Counted from the stretch's first letter, positions 29,493 to 38,094 are shown. The stretch: DNA of 64,000 bases from an uncultured Collinsella sp. (GCA_958405565.1 CATYEN010000007.1:1609-65608); one strand, 5' to 3'. Numbers and translations: made by a program. The notes: generated by a model from the letters alone, not told the origin.

Positions 29493-31001
29493 CTAACGCC
29501 CGCGCCCTGCACAGAGTTCGATTCTCCGCGGTACGGGCTGGAAATAAAAAGGCAGGTAGATATGAGTATCTACCTGCCTGTTACTTATGGTGGAGCTGGC
29601 GTTCATTCGGTCGAACACGCCCTCCCCCGACTCGTCGAAGGTGAAGGCGATGCGCAGCCCGTCGCCGCCGTCCGGCCCGCCGAGCACCACGCGCGAGACG
29701 AACGTGCGCAGTATCGTGGCCGTGTCCATCTTGGCCGCCATGGCGTCCAGCCAGTACAGGGCGCGGTCGCGGTCCAGGCTCGCGCCCTCCACGGCCTTGG
29801 CCACGGCCAGCTCGTCGCGCAGCAGGTCCTGGCGGCGCTTCAGCGCGTCTATGCGCTCCTTGCCGCCCGGAGGCGCGATGCCCGACTCGATGGCCGCCCA
29901 TATGTTGGCGTAGGCCGTCTCTATCCTAGCCAGCTCGCCCTCGATGATCGCGCTCTGCGGCTTCTCGTCGGCGCGCTCCTCCTCGGCGTCGGCCAGCAGC
30001 TCGGCGATGCGCCGGCGGTTCTCCTCGCTCCCGAGGGCGCGGCGCACGGCCTCGGCCACGCGCTCCTCCACGTCGTCGCGGCCGACCGTCCGCCTGCACT
30101 CACGGCATCGGTAGTAGTAGTACGTCGAGCCGGATGCGCTCGTGCCGCTCGTGCCCGTCATGGGCGCGCCGTCCGCGCCGTCGAACAGCTTGCCCGTGAG
30201 CATGAAGTCCGATGCGCTCGCGCGCTTGCGCGGCCTGTGCCTGTCGTTCAGCAACCTGATCACCCTCTCGACGTCCTCCATGGGCACGATGGCGGGCATC
30301 CCGCCCGGGACCGTGACCCCGGCATAGCTGTACTCGCCGCCGTTCTCCCTCCGCATGAGGATGCGGCGCACCGTCTGGAAGCGCCACTTGCCGCCCTTCT
30401 TGGTGCGGTACGGCTCCCACGCCCTCACGACGTCGGCGACCGTCTTCCCTTCGAGCAGCATCCTGGTGCCCATCCTGATGACGGCGGCCTCCTGGTCGTT
30501 GACCTGGTAGACGCCGTCCACGATATCCCAGCCGTAGCGCACGCACCCGTTGGCCATGCACCGCTGGGCGTTCTTTTGGATGCCCTCGCGGATGCGCTCC
30601 GCGTCGACCGCGCTCTCGTACTCGGCGAGCAGTTCGAGCATGCCGAGCTGCAGCACGCCCGCCGAGCCGCCCGCTATGTCCTCACCCGCGTACAGTATCT
30701 CGACGCGGCTGCGGCGCAGCATGATGCGCGCCATGGCCATCTCGTCGCGGTTGCGCATGATGCGCGTCACCTTCCAGATCACCACGAAATCGAACAGCCC
30801 GCGCCTTGCGTCGGCCATCATGCGCTGGAACTCCGCGCGGTCGGTGTTGGTGCCGGTCTGCGCGTAGTCGCAGTACTCCGCGACCACCGTCAGCTCGTTT
30901 TCGCGGCAGTAGTCGCGGGACTTCTCCACCTGTATCTCGATGGACTCGCTACGCTGGTTGTGGCTGGAGAAGCGGGCATATATCGCCGCACGTCCGCCCA
31001 T
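29493..31001 (-). CDS. int: Large serine recombinase (phage integrase)
   Basis: 502 aa. The N-terminal resolvase domain (AAIYARFSSHNQ with the catalytic Ser) is followed by a recombinase domain and a zinc-ribbon region (YYYYRCRECRR) with a coiled-coil-like segment. The position of the C-terminal end is uncertain (see findings). Confidence 0.85.
   Translation of the reverse strand: MGGRAAIYARFSSHNQRSESIEIQVEKSRDYCRENELTVVAEYCDYAQTGTNTDRAEFQRMMADARRGLFDFVVIWKVTRIMRNRDEMAMARIMLRRSRVEILYAGEDIAGGSAGVLQLGMLELLAEYESAVDAERIREGIQKNAQRCMANGCVRYGWDIVDGVYQVNDQEAAVIRMGTRMLLEGKTVADVVRAWEPYRTKKGGKWRFQTVRRILMRRENGGEYSYAGVTVPGGMPAIVPMEDVERVIRLLNDRHRPRKRASASDFMLTGKLFDGADGAPMTGTSGTSASGSTYYYYRCRECRRTVGRDDVEERVAEAVRRALGSEENRRRIAELLADAEEERADEKPQSAIIEGELARIETAYANIWAAIESGIAPPGGKERIDALKRRQDLLRDELAVAKAVEGASLDRDRALYWLDAMAAKMDTATILRTFVSRVVLGGPDGGDGLRIAFTFDESGEGVFDRMNASSTISNRQVDTHIYLPFYFQPVPRRIELCAGRGR
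29512..29532. repeat. 21-bp direct repeat, copy 2 (inside the 3' extension of the integrase ORF)
   Basis: cagagttcgattctccgcggt is identical to 29301-29321. Confidence 0.8.
29544..29578 (-). terminator. Perfect 12-bp palindrome plus U-tract lying inside the last about 30 codons of the integrase ORF
   Basis: ggcaggtagata-tgag-tatctacctgcc (29551-29578). The plus-strand AAAAA beside it gives a minus-strand U-tract. It could be a terminator or part of an att-like site. Confidence 0.5.
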
Positions 31002-31003
31002 GG

Positions 31004-31693
31004 CTACCTGCCTAATGTGTAAAGAGTTGGCGGAGTATCGCCTGTCGGACTCATTTCGCTGATTCGGGAGACGACGAGTTCTCCGTTAACGACCTTTGAA
31101 GTCACTTTCCAATAGTGGCCGAACGCGGCACCGTTTTCGAAAAGCGCGTACTCGCTTTCAATCCTTCCCGGATTCCCGTCCGGCAACAAGCTGGCGGTCA
31201 TCGTGATATGGGTCCTCGGCGACCGGGGTTTGCGCATCATCCCGGAATCGTATTCAAACCGGAACGGAAACTTCGACACCCGACCGGTTTTTTCCGTAAA
31301 CGGGATGCACCGAATGCCGCAAAGCGGAAAACGCAACAAGCATTTATAGGCATCCGACAGATCAGGCATAGGGACGGAAAACTCGGGAAAACTAGCAAGG
31401 GAATGAGCATCAGCGAGCAAACTGTTGGCCTGACGAACAAGAGCCTCGACTCTCGGAACGTCCTGCGGGGCAATGCTGAACATATCGCGCATGCGCTCGG
31501 TTAAAGTCGTTCTGATTGCTGGTCTTCCTTTGAACTCATAGGGGAAGTCGGGAAACTGGTCAGCCCATTCCGGCTGAAACTCGTCAAATAGTTCGTCGTA
31601 GTTCGACTTCGGGAGTTCCAAACATTCGGGAACATAGGAAACCGGCTCGGCCGTCCTCCTCCCCTTTTGCTTCATAAAATCAAACAAGCCCAT
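31004..31693 (-). CDS. Hypothetical protein in the lysogeny operon between repressor and integrase (visibly lower G+C)
   Basis: ORF 31004..31999, trimmed to the ATG at 31693 (MGLFDFMKQKGRR...). It lies 2 nt from the repressor stop and 2 nt from the int start. I recognised no motif. Confidence 0.6.
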   Translation of the reverse strand: MGLFDFMKQKGRRTAEPVSYVPECLELPKSNYDELFDEFQPEWADQFPDFPYEFKGRPAIRTTLTERMRDMFSIAPQDVPRVEALVRQANSLLADAHSLASFPEFSVPMPDLSDAYKCLLRFPLCGIRCIPFTEKTGRVSKFPFRFEYDSGMMRKPRSPRTHITMTASLLPDGNPGRIESEYALFENGAAFGHYWKVTSKVVNGELVVSRISEMSPTGDTPPTLYTLGR

Positions 31694-31695
31694 GG

Positions 31696-32376
31696 CTACT
31701 CCATCTCGTTGGCGGCCTGGAACCACACCACCGTGCCGATCACGCGCACGGGGCCGTCGTCCATGCCGAAGATCATGTCCTCGTAGTCCTCGAAGCTGTC
31801 CGCCGACAGCATCAGCTTGGTGCTGCCCTTGTACCAGCGGCGCATGACCGCGCGGTAGTCCTCGGTCTCCACCACGGCGATGGACCCGTTGGCGGGCTGG
31901 CGGTCGGGGTCGACCAGCACGTGGCTGCCCTCGGGTATGACGCGGTTCATGCAGTCGCCCTCGACCTCCAGAGCGAACGCGCGCGGGTGTCCGGCGCACA
32001 CGGACGCGGGCACCTCCACGCGGTGCGCTATCTCCTCCTCGTCGGCGAGCGAGCCGGCGTGCACGCGGCCGAGTGTGAGCAGCGGCACGGTTGCGCTGCT
32101 GGCCACCACGGGGATGGCGCCGGAGGGCATATACGGGCTGCCCTTGGGCTTTTTGGTCACGGGGTCGATGAACGACATCCCGTTATCTTCGATAATGTTG
32201 CTTTTAGAAATGCGAAAGTAGTCCGCAATCTTTTGTATCGAACCCATACGAGGTTCGGAAAAGCCGCCTTCCCACTGAGAGACGGCACCACGGGAAACGC
32301 CCGCAATCGAGGCAAGCTGCTCTTGCGTAACGCCGAACAGTTCCCGCAGTTGGATGATGTTCTCGCGAATGCCCAT
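31696..32376 (-). CDS. CI/LexA-like repressor (XRE HTH plus S24 peptidase domain)
   Basis: 226 aa with AGGAGG upstream. The HTH is QEQLASIAGVSRGAVSQWEGG. An Ala-Gly cleavage-site-like GRVHAGS is present. The S24 block reads EVEGDCMNRVIPEGSHVLVD...VMRRWYKG, with Cys where Ser is usual. Confidence 0.8.
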   Translation of the reverse strand: MGIRENIIQLRELFGVTQEQLASIAGVSRGAVSQWEGGFSEPRMGSIQKIADYFRISKSNIIEDNGMSFIDPVTKKPKGSPYMPSGAIPVVASSATVPLLTLGRVHAGSLADEEEIAHRVEVPASVCAGHPRAFALEVEGDCMNRVIPEGSHVLVDPDRQPANGSIAVVETEDYRAVMRRWYKGSTKLMLSADSFEDYEDMIFGMDDGPVRVIGTVVWFQAANEME

Positions 32377-32398
32377 AGCGACCTCCTGTTAACTTCTC

Positions 32399-32450
32399 TT
32401 GCATTTTATTGCAAAATTAACTTGACATGCAATGCTAGAAAAACTAACCT
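32399..32450. promoter_or_regulatory. Divergent cI/cro promoter-operator region
   Basis: Rightward promoter: TTGACA (32422-32427), 17 nt, TAACCT (32445-32450). Leftward promoter on the minus strand: TTGCAT (complement of 32427-32432), 18 nt, TAAAAT (complement of 32403-32408). The palindrome TTGCA-N6-TGCAA (32399-32414) covers the leftward -10. TTAACTT occurs twice (32389, 32417). Confidence 0.5.
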
Positions 32451-32486
32451 TTGAGACAGTTCGACAAGCGAAGGAGGTGATAAGGC

Positions 32487-32693
32487 TTGGCGAAGTTCAA
32501 AACTCTTCGCGAGGCACGCGAAGATGCAGGCTTCACGCAGCAATATATGGCCGATGAACTGGGCGTTTCTCGTCCCACTTATATGAAGATTGAGGAAAAG
32601 CCCGAAAATGCGAGCGTTTTACAGGCGCGCCGCATCTGCGAAATCTTGAGCCGTAGCTACGAAAGCATTTTTTTCGGCAGAAACGCTAGTTAA
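32487..32693 (+). CDS. Cro-like XRE-family HTH protein
   Basis: 68 aa with a TTG start after GAAGGAGG. The HTH is TQQYMADELGVSRPTYMKIE. Confidence 0.7.
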   Translation: MAKFKTLREAREDAGFTQQYMADELGVSRPTYMKIEEKPENASVLQARRICEILSRSYESIFFGRNAS

Positions 32694-32716
32694 ACTAACC
32701 CGAAGGGAGAACAACC

Positions 32717-33058
32717 ATGACCACCAAGAGCCACCAGCCCGAGTTCGTTGCGGATATCGTCGGCGAAACGCTCGACCGCATCACCGACAAGCGCAAGCAC
32801 GTGACGTTCCACTTCGAACCCGCTGAGAACGGCTGCATGGAGGAATCCAAGTACAGCATGATCGACCGCATCGTCTCCACGTGGGGCTTCGAAAGGAAGC
32901 GCGTCATTCCGCTAGAGGCCAGCATGAAGCAGCAGTTCGAACTCGGCGGCATGCAGTTCAACGTCTACGACTCCGTGCAGTTCAGCGTAAACGGCAAGGG
33001 CTGGAGCACCGACTTCAAGCGCATCGAGCGCGACAGCGCCTACGACGTGGAGGAGTAG
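32717..33058 (+). CDS. Hypothetical phage early protein
   Basis: 113-aa ORF with GAAGGGAG upstream. No motif recognised. Confidence 0.55.
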   Translation: MTTKSHQPEFVADIVGETLDRITDKRKHVTFHFEPAENGCMEESKYSMIDRIVSTWGFERKRVIPLEASMKQQFELGGMQFNVYDSVQFSVNGKGWSTDFKRIERDSAYDVEE

Positions 33059-33107
33059 GCCATGCTGAACGAGGTGACCGTACGGGGGGGGGTTCACCGC
33101 CCTCAAC

Positions 33108-33308
33108 GTGAAGAGCGGCAAGTGCGTGCTGCAGTTTGAGCTGGACCCGAAGTACAGGGACTTCATCCCGAAGCTGGTGGAGTTCACGGGCCAGATGCTC
33201 AACATCCACGTGTACGACGACCAGGAGGTGATGTTCGTGAACGAGGACACCGGGGAGTGCATCTACGAGGACGCCCCGCTTTCGCTGCCGGGCGTCGCGG
33301 GCGAATGA
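33108..33308 (+). CDS. Hypothetical phage early protein; probably begins at ATG 33062 but is interrupted by a G9 tract
   Basis: The track ORF starts at a GTG with no RBS. The ATG at 33062 has GGAGGAG upstream and would be in frame if the G9 run (33084-33092) were G8. Confidence 0.5.
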   Translation: MKSGKCVLQFELDPKYRDFIPKLVEFTGQMLNIHVYDDQEVMFVNEDTGECIYEDAPLSLPGVAGE

Positions 33309-33490
33309 CCCCGCAGCAGCGCGCCATGTGCCGCGAGCTGGCGGCCATGATGCGCGAGTTCTACAAGGACCCAGAGAACGAGAGGAAGTTCCAGGAATGG
33401 AAAAGATCGAGGGAAGGAGGGTGCGCGTCTCAGCCGGCAAGCGAGGGACGCGCACCGAAACGGTTCACTTCCGAACCGAGGACAGTGTAA
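33305..33490 (+). CDS. Hypothetical phage early protein
   Basis: ATGA overlap with the preceding ORF. Product: MTPQQRAMCRELAAMMREFYKDPENERKFQEW... Confidence 0.45.
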   Translation: MTPQQRAMCRELAAMMREFYKDPENERKFQEWKRSREGGCASQPASEGRAPKRFTSEPRTV

Positions 33491-33584
33491 CACCCGAGCA
33501 GCGCCGCGAGAGGCTGCAGGCCGTTTTCGCCGCCCTGTTCGTCTGCGCGTGCATCGCCGCCACATGGGCGCTGGAGGCAACAGC

Positions 33585-33983
33585 ATGGCCGAGGTAGACG
33601 CCAAGGCCCAGGCCCTCGTGGCCAAGGCGTGCGGCTGGGTTGCCTCGAACCCCGATACATGGGCGAAGCTGCGCCGCATCTGCTACCGCCTGATGCTGGA
33701 GGGCCACGTCATCCAGCGCGACAACGTGTACACCCTGGCGTGCCAGAACGGCATGACCGTGAGCGAGGCCAGCGAGTTCAAGCGCGACCACAACCTGTGG
33801 AGCGTGCTGTCCCGCTACATGGTGCTGCAGCGCCCCTCCATGCTGGCCGCCGTGAGCTTCCGCCGCACGCCGGTGGACTCCGTGGACCTGGTGGGCGCGT
33901 GGGAGGCCATCGTGGGCCCAGCCGTTTTCGCCGCCTCCACGCTAACCGAGGCGCAGGGCATCTACGACAGGGGCGCGCAATGA
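33585..33983 (+). CDS. Hypothetical phage early protein
   Basis: ATG at 33585 after GGAGG. It is coupled (ATGA) to the downstream rusA-like gene. Confidence 0.55.
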   Translation: MAEVDAKAQALVAKACGWVASNPDTWAKLRRICYRLMLEGHVIQRDNVYTLACQNGMTVSEASEFKRDHNLWSVLSRYMVLQRPSMLAAVSFRRTPVDSVDLVGAWEAIVGPAVFAASTLTEAQGIYDRGAQ

Positions 33984-34345
33984 GGTGCGCCGTCACGGTC
34001 GAGGGCCGAATGCCGAGCCTGAACGACTACATCAGCGCCGAGCGCGCCAACCGCTACAAGGCGGCGGCCATGAAGAAGCGCGAGACGGCGCGCGTGAGGG
34101 CGGCGGCCATGCAGCAGCGCGCGCCGCGCTTCGAGCGCCGGGTGACCGTGCGCACCACGTTCTACGAGCCCGACATGCGCCGCGACGCCGACAACGTGGG
34201 CTTCGCGCGCAAGTTCGTGCTCGACGGCCTGGTGGCGGCGGGCGTAATCAAGGACGACTCCCGCAAGTACGTGGAGCAGTGCCCCGACAGGGTGCTCACC
34301 GACAGGGCGCGCCCCCGCGTGGTCGTGGAGGTGAGCGACGAGTGA
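33980..34345 (+). CDS. rusA: RusA-like Holliday junction resolvase
   Basis: 121 aa. PSLNDY...RRDADNVGFARKFVLDGLVAAGVIKDDS matches the RusA acidic/DxDN core as I recall it. Confidence 0.65.
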   Translation: MRCAVTVEGRMPSLNDYISAERANRYKAAAMKKRETARVRAAAMQQRAPRFERRVTVRTTFYEPDMRRDADNVGFARKFVLDGLVAAGVIKDDSRKYVEQCPDRVLTDRARPRVVVEVSDE

Positions 34346-34899
34346 CCCGCCGAGACAAGGGCAGGCCACACAGGGCGTGGCGCAAGGCCGACCTCGACCG
34401 CATAGCCGAGCTGGCGGGAAAGGTGCCCGCCCGCGAGATTCGCCGCGAGCTGCGGCTGTCCAAGAACCAGTTGGATAACGCGCGGCGCGTGATCAACGCC
34501 AGCGGCGGCCACGTGTCCCTGCGCTGCTACCGCCACCGTCTGGAGCTGTGCCCGTCGTGCGGGTGCCGCAGGGCGACCCTCGGCAAGGACGGCATCTGCG
34601 AACCGTGCAGACGCCAGCAGCAGCTTGAGGCCATAGAGGCCCGCATAGCCGAGCTGCTGCCGAGGCTGACCGCAGAGGAGCGCCGCACCTACGAGCGCAC
34701 CGAGTGCGGCCGAGAGAGCCGCGCCGACCCCATGCCGCAGGCCCCGGACACCTCGGGCATGAGCCGCTACGCCGCCGACAAGGCAGCAGAGGCGCACGAC
34801 GAGGCCATGGAGCGGTGGCTGTGCCGCTACCTGTACCGCAGGGTCAAGGCGGCGCAGAAGCGCAAGGAGCGCATAGAGAAAAAAGTTCCGAAATCCTGA
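34342..34899 (+). CDS. Hypothetical phage protein with an HTH-like N-terminus and Cys4 motif
   Basis: GTG at 34342 overlaps the rusA stop. It carries CPSCGC...CEPC. Confidence 0.5.
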   Translation: MTRRDKGRPHRAWRKADLDRIAELAGKVPAREIRRELRLSKNQLDNARRVINASGGHVSLRCYRHRLELCPSCGCRRATLGKDGICEPCRRQQQLEAIEARIAELLPRLTAEERRTYERTECGRESRADPMPQAPDTSGMSRYAADKAAEAHDEAMERWLCRYLYRRVKAAQKRKERIEKKVPKS

Positions 34900-34941
34900 A
34901 AAGTTTTTATCACTTTTAGTTTTCCCAGTTAGGAGACCCAA

Positions 34942-35238
34942 ATGCTCACGGAAATCATCAGCAAGACCGTCGCGGACAAGACGGTGGACAGCATCCTGAA
35001 GCGCATCGAGCGCGCCGTCCCCGTGCCCGAGCCGGGCGACGGCGGCTTCGACGCCGCCATGCGCCAGGCGTTCAACATGGGGGCCGCCTGCATGGCCGCG
35101 CAAATCAAGAACGGCCCCGTGCCCACCAAGCGCATCGCGCTCATGGGCGAGGTGGCCCGCGTGGCGTGCCGCGCCCGCCTGGTGGGCATGGAGTGCCGCG
35201 TGGTCGTAGACGAGGAGGCCCGCGCATGCAATCGCTAG
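34942..35238 (+). CDS. Hypothetical phage protein
   Basis: 98-aa ORF with TAGGAG upstream. Confidence 0.5.
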   Translation: MLTEIISKTVADKTVDSILKRIERAVPVPEPGDGGFDAAMRQAFNMGAACMAAQIKNGPVPTKRIALMGEVARVACRARLVGMECRVVVDEEARACNR

Positions 35239-36509
35239 AGGAGGTCGCGATCTGCGACGTGTACCCCTACGAGCGCGCCGACGGCGAGCCGATGAACCCG
35301 CGCGACTTCACCACCAGGGAGAGCGCCGAGCACATCGCGGGCCTGGCCGCGCAGTTCAAGGCCAACCGCCTCAACCCCGGCCAGCCCGTCATGAAGCCCA
35401 TCCTGTACAAGGAGGGCGGCATCTACTGGATCATCGACGGCGAGTGCCGCGTGCGCGCCATGAGGGCCATCGGCACCGAGCGTTTCCTCGCCGAGGTCTA
35501 CGACGACCTGGACGACGCCGAGCTGGCGCGCGTCGAGGCGGCCAAGGCCATGGTGGAGACCGACGCCAAGCTGGGGCTGACCGCCGAGGAGAAGTCGCGC
35601 GGCGTGCAGACCATGCTGGCGCTCGACATCCCCGACGAGGAGGTGGCCGTGGCCGCCCGCACCGACGCGCGCACCGTGGCCAAGGCGCGCCGCGCGGCCC
35701 GCAGGGTGCAGGACGCCGCCTACGACATGACGCTCGACCGCCTGGCCGCCATCGCCGAGTTCGAGGGCGACGACGAGGCCGTGGCAGAGCTGCGCGACTG
35801 CAAGCAGTCCGAATGGCAGCGCGTGTACGCGGGCCTGAAGGCCAAGGCCGAGCAGAGGCGCAACCGCGCCGAGGTGGTGGCGGTGCTTGCCGACGCGGGC
35901 GTCGAGTTCGTCGACGAATGCCCCGAGGGCTTCGCCGCATGCCGCACGTTTTCCGACTACCGCCCCGACCTGGCGGCGCTGGACGCCTACGTGGCCGACA
36001 ACGCGGGCGCGGGGCTTCTGGCCGAGGAGACGTCGTTCGGCGTGACCCTGCTGGCGCCGGTGGCCGAGGGGGCCGACGAGGCCGCACAGGCCGCAGCCCA
36101 GCGCAAGGCCGACTTCCAGGCCGCCTACGAGGACGGCGCGAAGGCGCGTCGCGAGTGGCTTGCCGCCCACGCGGGCGACCTCAAGTCGATGCGCCGCACG
36201 GCGCTGGCGCTGACCTCGTTCGCCATGGAGGCCGAGGCCGTGGAATCGTTCGAGGAGCTGCTGGGCCGGCCCATCGACCGCACGCCCACCGAGCTGGCCG
36301 TGGCCATGGGCTGGCGGGCAGCGTGGGACATGAGCGGCTGGACGGCCTGGAGCCTCATGGAAGGCGGCAGCTCCGTGTACTTCAACCGAGTGACGGTCGA
36401 GAGCGTGACCATCATCTACGAGGCCATGAAGGCCGACGGCTACGAGCCGAACGCGGCCGAGACGGAAACCTACGAGGCGTGCATGGCGCGCCTGGGAAGC
36501 GAGGAGTAA
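35226..36509 (+). CDS. ParB N-terminal (ParB/Srx-like) domain protein
   Basis: ATG at 35226. The sequence KPILYKEGGIYWIIDGECRVRAMRAIG is a ParB-box-like GxxR motif. Confidence 0.6.
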   Translation: MQSLEEVAICDVYPYERADGEPMNPRDFTTRESAEHIAGLAAQFKANRLNPGQPVMKPILYKEGGIYWIIDGECRVRAMRAIGTERFLAEVYDDLDDAELARVEAAKAMVETDAKLGLTAEEKSRGVQTMLALDIPDEEVAVAARTDARTVAKARRAARRVQDAAYDMTLDRLAAIAEFEGDDEAVAELRDCKQSEWQRVYAGLKAKAEQRRNRAEVVAVLADAGVEFVDECPEGFAACRTFSDYRPDLAALDAYVADNAGAGLLAEETSFGVTLLAPVAEGADEAAQAAAQRKADFQAAYEDGAKARREWLAAHAGDLKSMRRTALALTSFAMEAEAVESFEELLGRPIDRTPTELAVAMGWRAAWDMSGWTAWSLMEGGSSVYFNRVTVESVTIIYEAMKADGYEPNAAETETYEACMARLGSEE

Positions 36510-37520
36510 ATGAGCGAAGCAGTTGAGGCCGAGATCATCGAGCCCGAGGAGGCCTCGGAGCTGACCGTGGCGTACTCCCCCGCTGTGATCGAGGCCAACT
36601 TCGACGCCCTGGAGGCGCACGTGCGCAGGCTGGTGGCCGACTACGAGGGCGCGACCTACGACATGGGCAAGGACGAGAACGTGAAGGCCGCCAAGCGCGA
36701 CCGCGCCTACCTCAACGGCATCGCCAAGGAGATAGACGAGCGCCGCAAGGCCGTGAGCCGCGAGTACACGAAGCCCCTGGCCGCGTTCGAGGACAGGTGC
36801 AAGGCCGTGGCGGGCATCGCGAAGCAGGCAGCCGACGGCATCAAGGCGCAGCTGGACGAGGCAGAGGAGGAGCGCCAGCTGCGCGCGTACGCCAAGCTGC
36901 GGGAGCACTACGAGGAGTTCGCCGGGCTGCTGGCCCCCGTCGTGCCCTATGAGCGTTTCCACGAGAAGCAGTGGACCAACAAGACCTTCGGCGAGGCGAA
37001 GGCATTCAAGGCCCTGGAGGCCAAGGTGGAGCGCCTGGCCCAGGACTGGGAAACCCTCAAGGCGCAGTTCCAGGGCGAGCCGTTCTACGACGAGGCCGAG
37101 CGCGAGCTGTTCGCCACCCTGGACCTGGGCGCGGCCATAACGGCGGCGCACAAGGCCGAGGAGGAGCGCCGGCGCATCGCCGAGCTGAAGGCGGCCATGG
37201 AGCCGGAACCCGTGGAAGAGCCCGAACCCGAACCCGAAGCGGTGCCCGAGCCCGCGGAATGCCAGCCCGCAGAGTTCCCGCAGCCGCTTGAGCAGATGCC
37301 CGAGCCGCAGCCCGCGCCCATGCCCGCCCCGGTGCCGCCAGCGCCGCCCGCGCCGGCACCCGTGGCCATGGCGGGCGACCCGTGGACGGTCGTGGTGCCG
37401 TGCGCCACGCGCGAGCAGATGCAGGGCGTCGCGGCGGCCCTCAAGGCGCAGGGCGTCGTGGGCACCATCATGCACGGCACGGTGGGCCAGGTTTACGAGC
37501 GGATGAACGGAGGCTACTAG
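36510..37520 (+). CDS. DUF1351-family phage protein (partner of ERF/RecT-type recombinases)
   Basis: 336 aa. The sequence PAVIEANFDALEAHVRRLVADYEG...KRDRAYLNGIAKEIDERRKAVSREYTKPLAAFE fits the DUF1351 pattern. The C-terminus is Pro/Ala-rich. Confidence 0.6.
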   Translation: MSEAVEAEIIEPEEASELTVAYSPAVIEANFDALEAHVRRLVADYEGATYDMGKDENVKAAKRDRAYLNGIAKEIDERRKAVSREYTKPLAAFEDRCKAVAGIAKQAADGIKAQLDEAEEERQLRAYAKLREHYEEFAGLLAPVVPYERFHEKQWTNKTFGEAKAFKALEAKVERLAQDWETLKAQFQGEPFYDEAERELFATLDLGAAITAAHKAEEERRRIAELKAAMEPEPVEEPEPEPEAVPEPAECQPAEFPQPLEQMPEPQPAPMPAPVPPAPPAPAPVAMAGDPWTVVVPCATREQMQGVAAALKAQGVVGTIMHGTVGQVYERMNGGY

Positions 37521-37521
37521 C

Positions 37522-38094
37522 ATGACCCAGGAACAGCAGTCCATCGACCTCATGGCGGCCGTTGCCCGCGTGCAGCGCGCCGTGGTGGTGCCCAAGGCCA
37601 AGTACAACGCTTTCGGCAAGTTCAGCTACCGCAGCTACGAGGACATAGTGGCCGCGCTGAAGGAGCCGTGCGCCAAGGAGGGCCTGGCGTTCTTCATGAC
37701 CGACGAGCTGGTGCAGATAGGCGACCGCTACTACGTGAAGTCCACGGCGTGCGTGTTCCCCGCCGAGGGCGGCGAGGGCCTGCTGCAGGTGAGCGCCTAC
37801 GCCCGCGAGGACGAGCACAAGAAGGGCTCGGACGACGCCCAGGTGACCGGCATGGCGTCGAGCTACGCCCGCAAGTACGCGCTGTGCGGCGCGTTCGCCA
37901 TCGACGGGCAGAGCGATCCCGACGCCATGGAGGAGCAGCCCGCGCCCGAGGAGAAGCAGCCGCCCGCAGACGGCCCCTTCACGGCCCACTGCCGCAGCTG
38001 CGGGGCGCGCTACCAGTTCGCCAGCATGCCGCAGTACATGGAGTTCGTGGCCAACAGCCCGTGCTGCCCGCGCCCCGACTGGCAGGTGGAGTAG
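37522..38094 (+). CDS. erf: ERF-family single-strand annealing protein
   Basis: 190 aa. It reads VPKAKYNAFGKFSYRSYEDIVAALKEPCAKEGL...GMASSYARKYALCGAFAI. A C-terminal Cys motif (CRSCG...CCP) is present. Confidence 0.7.
   Translation: MTQEQQSIDLMAAVARVQRAVVVPKAKYNAFGKFSYRSYEDIVAALKEPCAKEGLAFFMTDELVQIGDRYYVKSTACVFPAEGGEGLLQVSAYAREDEHKKGSDDAQVTGMASSYARKYALCGAFAIDGQSDPDAMEEQPAPEEKQPPADGPFTAHCRSCGARYQFASMPQYMEFVANSPCCPRPDWQVE

Noticed and set aside
29225-29512. 95-aa minus-strand ORF spanning the repeat-containing spacer between the patatin gene and the prophage
   Set aside because: It is highly basic low-complexity sequence (RKRFWPAGEDAGRRPKPARVR...) that overlaps the repeats and has no RBS. It may be a remnant of a disrupted gene, but I cannot support it as a CDS.
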